Positions 15,483 to 18,009 of a stretch of 18,009 bases of DNA are shown here, piece after piece (within the stretch, counting starts at the first letter, position 1; the number at the start of each line of letters is the position of its first letter). The notes beneath the pieces were generated by a model. The model was not told the DNA's origin, did no database searches, and was given only the letters and a program-made list of their open reading frames with translations. Position numbers and translations under genes: made by a program. The stretch is from Verrucomicrobiales bacterium (GTDB lineage: Bacteria > Verrucomicrobiota > Verrucomicrobiia > Verrucomicrobiales > V1-33): NCBI GenBank assembly GCA_031411295.1, contig JANOAV010000186.1, positions 1 through 18,009 of the forward strand. The letters run 5' to 3'.

Positions 15483-16520
15483 ATGAAACCCACCGCTCTC
15501 CTCCTCGTCCTAACTGCCCTGACTGCGACTGCCCTCACCGCCCAAGAACCCAAGATTTACCCCACGATTGGCAAAATTCATCGCCTCGATCCCCGCCTTG
15601 ATAGTCTGTTAGCAACCGACGCCAAAATCGAGGTTCTCGCCAGTGGATTCGACTGGTGCGAAGGCCCCGTTTGGGTGCCTGCCGCTGATGCTGCGGGAGG
15701 TGGAGATTTACTCTTCTCCGAAATTCCCAGCAACTCCGTGCGCCTCTGGAACGAAGCCAAGGACGGGGTTGCCATTTACCTCCAGCCCAGCGGTTACACC
15801 GGGCCTGGCAACTACTCGGCAGAGCCTGGCAGCAACGGTCTGGCTCTCAACGCCGAGGGCCGACTCATCTCCTGCGAACATGGCGACCGCCGGATTTCCC
15901 TACTCACTAACGGCGGCGGCAAACGCACCCTAACCGACAATTGGAAAGGTAGACGCTTCAACAGCCCTAACGACCTCACCATCAAATCCAATGGCGACGT
16001 TTATTTCACCGATCCCATCTACGGTCTGCCGCTCCGAGAAAAGGATCCCAGCCGGGAAATCGACGTCTGCGGAGTCTATCGCTACTCTGTGAAAGACGGC
16101 ACCACGACCCTGTTAACCGACGTGTTAGCGCGCCCCAACGGCATCGCCTTCTCCCCGGATGAGAAAACCCTCTACGTAGCCCAGAGTGAAAAATCCGCCG
16201 CCATCTGGATGTCGTTTCCGGTCAAAGCAGATGGCACCCTGGACCAGGGCAAAGTCTTCAAAGACGTAACCGCCATGGCCAAAGAGCCCGGCATGAAAGG
16301 CCTCCCTGACGGCATGAAAGTGGACGCCCAAGGCAACCTCTGGGCCACCGGCCCCGGCGGCCTCCTCATCATCGCCCCAGACGCCACCCTCCTCGGCCGC
16401 ATCGAAACCGAGCAAAACACCAGCAACTGCACCTTCGGCGGCCCGGACCACACCACCCTCTTCATGACCGTGGACATGCACGTCTGCCGCGTGCAAACCA
16501 AGGTGAAGGGGCATCGGTAG
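15483..16520 (+). CDS. SMP-30/gluconolactonase/LRE-family protein, exported
   Basis: Signal peptide MKPTALLLVLTALTATALTA from ATG 15483. Motifs GFDWCEGPVW, GSNGL, FNSPNDL, YFTDPIYG, PNGIAFSPDEKTLYV and PDGMKVDAQGNLWATGPGG. Confidence 0.93.
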   Translation: MKPTALLLVLTALTATALTAQEPKIYPTIGKIHRLDPRLDSLLATDAKIEVLASGFDWCEGPVWVPAADAAGGGDLLFSEIPSNSVRLWNEAKDGVAIYLQPSGYTGPGNYSAEPGSNGLALNAEGRLISCEHGDRRISLLTNGGGKRTLTDNWKGRRFNSPNDLTIKSNGDVYFTDPIYGLPLREKDPSREIDVCGVYRYSVKDGTTTLLTDVLARPNGIAFSPDEKTLYVAQSEKSAAIWMSFPVKADGTLDQGKVFKDVTAMAKEPGMKGLPDGMKVDAQGNLWATGPGGLLIIAPDATLLGRIETEQNTSNCTFGGPDHTTLFMTVDMHVCRVQTKVKGHR

Positions 16521-16593
16521 TCTGGCGCTGCATGAAGGAAAAAATGTCAGGGTGCGTATCCCTAACATTGAACAAAATTTCGCCCATTGTTGG

Positions 16594-17514
16594 ATGAGGA
16601 ATCTCCGAAATGCTCCCAGAATCTGGATGCTGGCCATTATGATTAGTGTCATGGCAGCGGGAAATTCATGTAAAACCGCTTCCAGCGGAACTGTTGAAAG
16701 AACTTTTGCGCAAGCTTGTAAATCCATTCCGAATTTACATAAATTAAATACAACTATATATTCAGGCGGGGAGCCGCAAGGATTGCCTGCCTTTAAGGCT
16801 TTACGGGAGATGGGCGTGCGGACTGTTGTCAGTGTTGATGGAGCCAAGCCTGACGTGGAATCCGCTCACCGTTGTGGTATAAGGTATATCCATTTGCCGG
16901 TGGGTTACGGTGGGATTGAAGTATCGAAAGCGATCGCACTAGGAAACGTTGTGCGGTCTGTTTCTGGAGGGGTTTTGGTCCATTGTCACCACGGGAAGCA
17001 CCGCGGACCTGCTGCAGCTTGTATTGTGGCTATGGGAGCGGGTGTGATGACTGCGGAACAGTCGATGGAATTCATGAAGCTTGCTGGCACTGGAAGGAAT
17101 TACCCAGGGCTTTGGAGGGATGTCGGAGGCTTTCCCTCCCTGAAAACAGATGTGAACGCGGCACCCTACGTGGAGCGATCCACGGTTGATCCTTTCGTGG
17201 AAAGCATGGGGGAAATGGACCAGGCCATGGATCGGTTGCAGAGTCTTGCCCTTCAGCCTGGATCTATGGCCACGTCGGCACAGATGGCAGCGGCAGCTCA
17301 ACTGCTGCATGAGGGCTTCAAGGAATCTTCGCGTCATTTGAAGAGCGATGTGCCAGACCAATTGAAATCTCAATTAAGCGAGGCGGAACAGGCCGCCGAG
17401 CGGTTCCAACGCGACCTTGCGCAGGGGGATTTAGCTGCTTCCAAGGCCGCTATTCCGGCGTTGAGGGCACGCTGTGTGCAATGCCACCAACGATTTCGAG
17501 ATTCTGAAAACTAA
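16594..17514 (+). CDS. Exported CX5R phosphatase/sulfurtransferase-like domain fused to a cytochrome c' (class II) domain
   Basis: Signal-like N-terminus (MRNLRNAPRIWMLAIMISVMAAGNSC). IYSGGEP, GVRTVVSVD, YIHLPVGY and VLVHCHHGKHRG (CX5R, 16981-17007). Helical C-domain ending in CVQCHQRFR (CxxCH, 17473-17487). The start is uncertain (16552, 16594 or 16627). Confidence 0.82.
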   Translation: MRNLRNAPRIWMLAIMISVMAAGNSCKTASSGTVERTFAQACKSIPNLHKLNTTIYSGGEPQGLPAFKALREMGVRTVVSVDGAKPDVESAHRCGIRYIHLPVGYGGIEVSKAIALGNVVRSVSGGVLVHCHHGKHRGPAAACIVAMGAGVMTAEQSMEFMKLAGTGRNYPGLWRDVGGFPSLKTDVNAAPYVERSTVDPFVESMGEMDQAMDRLQSLALQPGSMATSAQMAAAAQLLHEGFKESSRHLKSDVPDQLKSQLSEAEQAAERFQRDLAQGDLAASKAAIPALRARCVQCHQRFRDSEN

Positions 17515-17599
17515 CGCCACAAAAACTAACAACTGTTACTAAGATCAATGGCCACTTTATGGATAGGATAAGCAAGTAAATAATCCGACTTAAATCCAC

Positions 17600-17628
17600 T
17601 TGCACCAAGTAGCAGAATTTGCTATCAG
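17600..17628 (+). promoter_or_regulatory. Possible promoter with an internal dyad operator
   Basis: TTGCAC (17600-17605), 17 nt, TATCAG preceded by TG. The dyad TAGCA-GAATT-TGCTA (17610-17624) overlaps the spacer and -10. The -10 match is weak. Confidence 0.3.
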
Positions 17629-17637
17629 GTTCAATCC

Positions 17638-17916
17638 ATGACCCGCAAGAAATTATTATTTATCCGCGTGACGGGCTTAATTGCCTTGGTCGCCATCTCC
17701 TTAGGGTGGTGGTTTTTCCGTAATCAAACAGAAACCGGACAGGAGTCATGGAAGGCGGATTGGCAGCGACCGGTAGCAACCATCTCAGGTGTGTCACGAC
17801 CAGTTCGGGTTGCGGATGCAAATGGAATGCCGGAGATTTCCGACACCCCTTCGGATGATGATATTGCCACCAGCCGCGCCTTCCCCTCCGCGCTAGTGCT
17901 TAGTTGCACAAGTTAA
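17638..17916 (+). pseudogene. N-terminal fragment of an exported/membrane-anchored protein, truncated by the IS630 insertion
   Basis: MTRKKLLFIRVTGLIALVAISLGWWFF is a signal/TM segment. The native frame runs to TA 17894-17895; the last residues (VLSCTS*) are read from the IS end. Confidence 0.7.
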
Positions 17917-18009
17917 CAATTGTATTTCTAAGCTGGGCGCCTTTGACCTCTCTCTTGCGCCACACAAATGGTCGCGGGTGATTATTGGTGGCTTGGATAA
18001 AGGCTTCGA
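17896..18009 (-). mobile_element. Right end of an IS630-family insertion sequence (partial)
   Basis: The end GTGCTTAGTTGCACAAGTT abuts TA (17894-17895) in a CTAG context, the canonical IS630 target. The transposase stop lies within the terminal repeat. Confidence 0.82.
17900..18007 (-). CDS. IS630-family transposase, C-terminal 35 aa (5'-partial)
   Basis: Hand translation gives EAFIQATNNHPRPFVWRKREVKGAQLRNTIVNLCN*. The F-I-x-x-x-N-x-x-x-x-P-F-x-W motif is typical of IS630 transposase C-termini. Confidence 0.82.
   Translation of the reverse strand, partial: EAFIQATNNHPRPFVWRKREVKGAQLRNTIVNLCN

Noticed and set aside
1..18009. Composite transposon spanning the window
   Set aside because: The two ends belong to different IS families (IS4 vs IS630) with unrelated repeats and target rules.

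Overview
Bacterial DNA, most likely Verrucomicrobiota (inferred from the CotH/lamin-tail surface protein with its typical C-terminal module, the DUF6576-type rhomboid and the pyrimidine-rich leaders). Both ends of the window are insertion-sequence ends that the ORF track misses. On the left, the 3' end of an IS4-family transposase and its inverted repeat cut a NarL/LuxR response regulator. On the right, the 3' end of an IS630-family transposase sits at a TA site and truncates an exported-protein gene. The most interesting block is 573-4520: a translationally coupled pair (split ABC-type ATPase with a DUF3696-like tail plus a MITD1-type PLD-like protein with an HxRxxxxN motif) transcribed divergently from an atypical LysR regulator, with two dyad operators between them. 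This is a candidate regulated anti-phage system. The rest holds a 1815-aa CotH kinase/5x lamin-tail protein, an nhaR-like LysR / HPF / TerC(Alx) cassette with a structured attenuator-like leader, a rhomboid protease, a helical membrane-anchored protein, a gluconolactonase, and a CX5R phosphatase/sulfurtransferase-like domain fused to a cytochrome c'-type heme domain. All family assignments come from motif recognition by eye; no database search was run.
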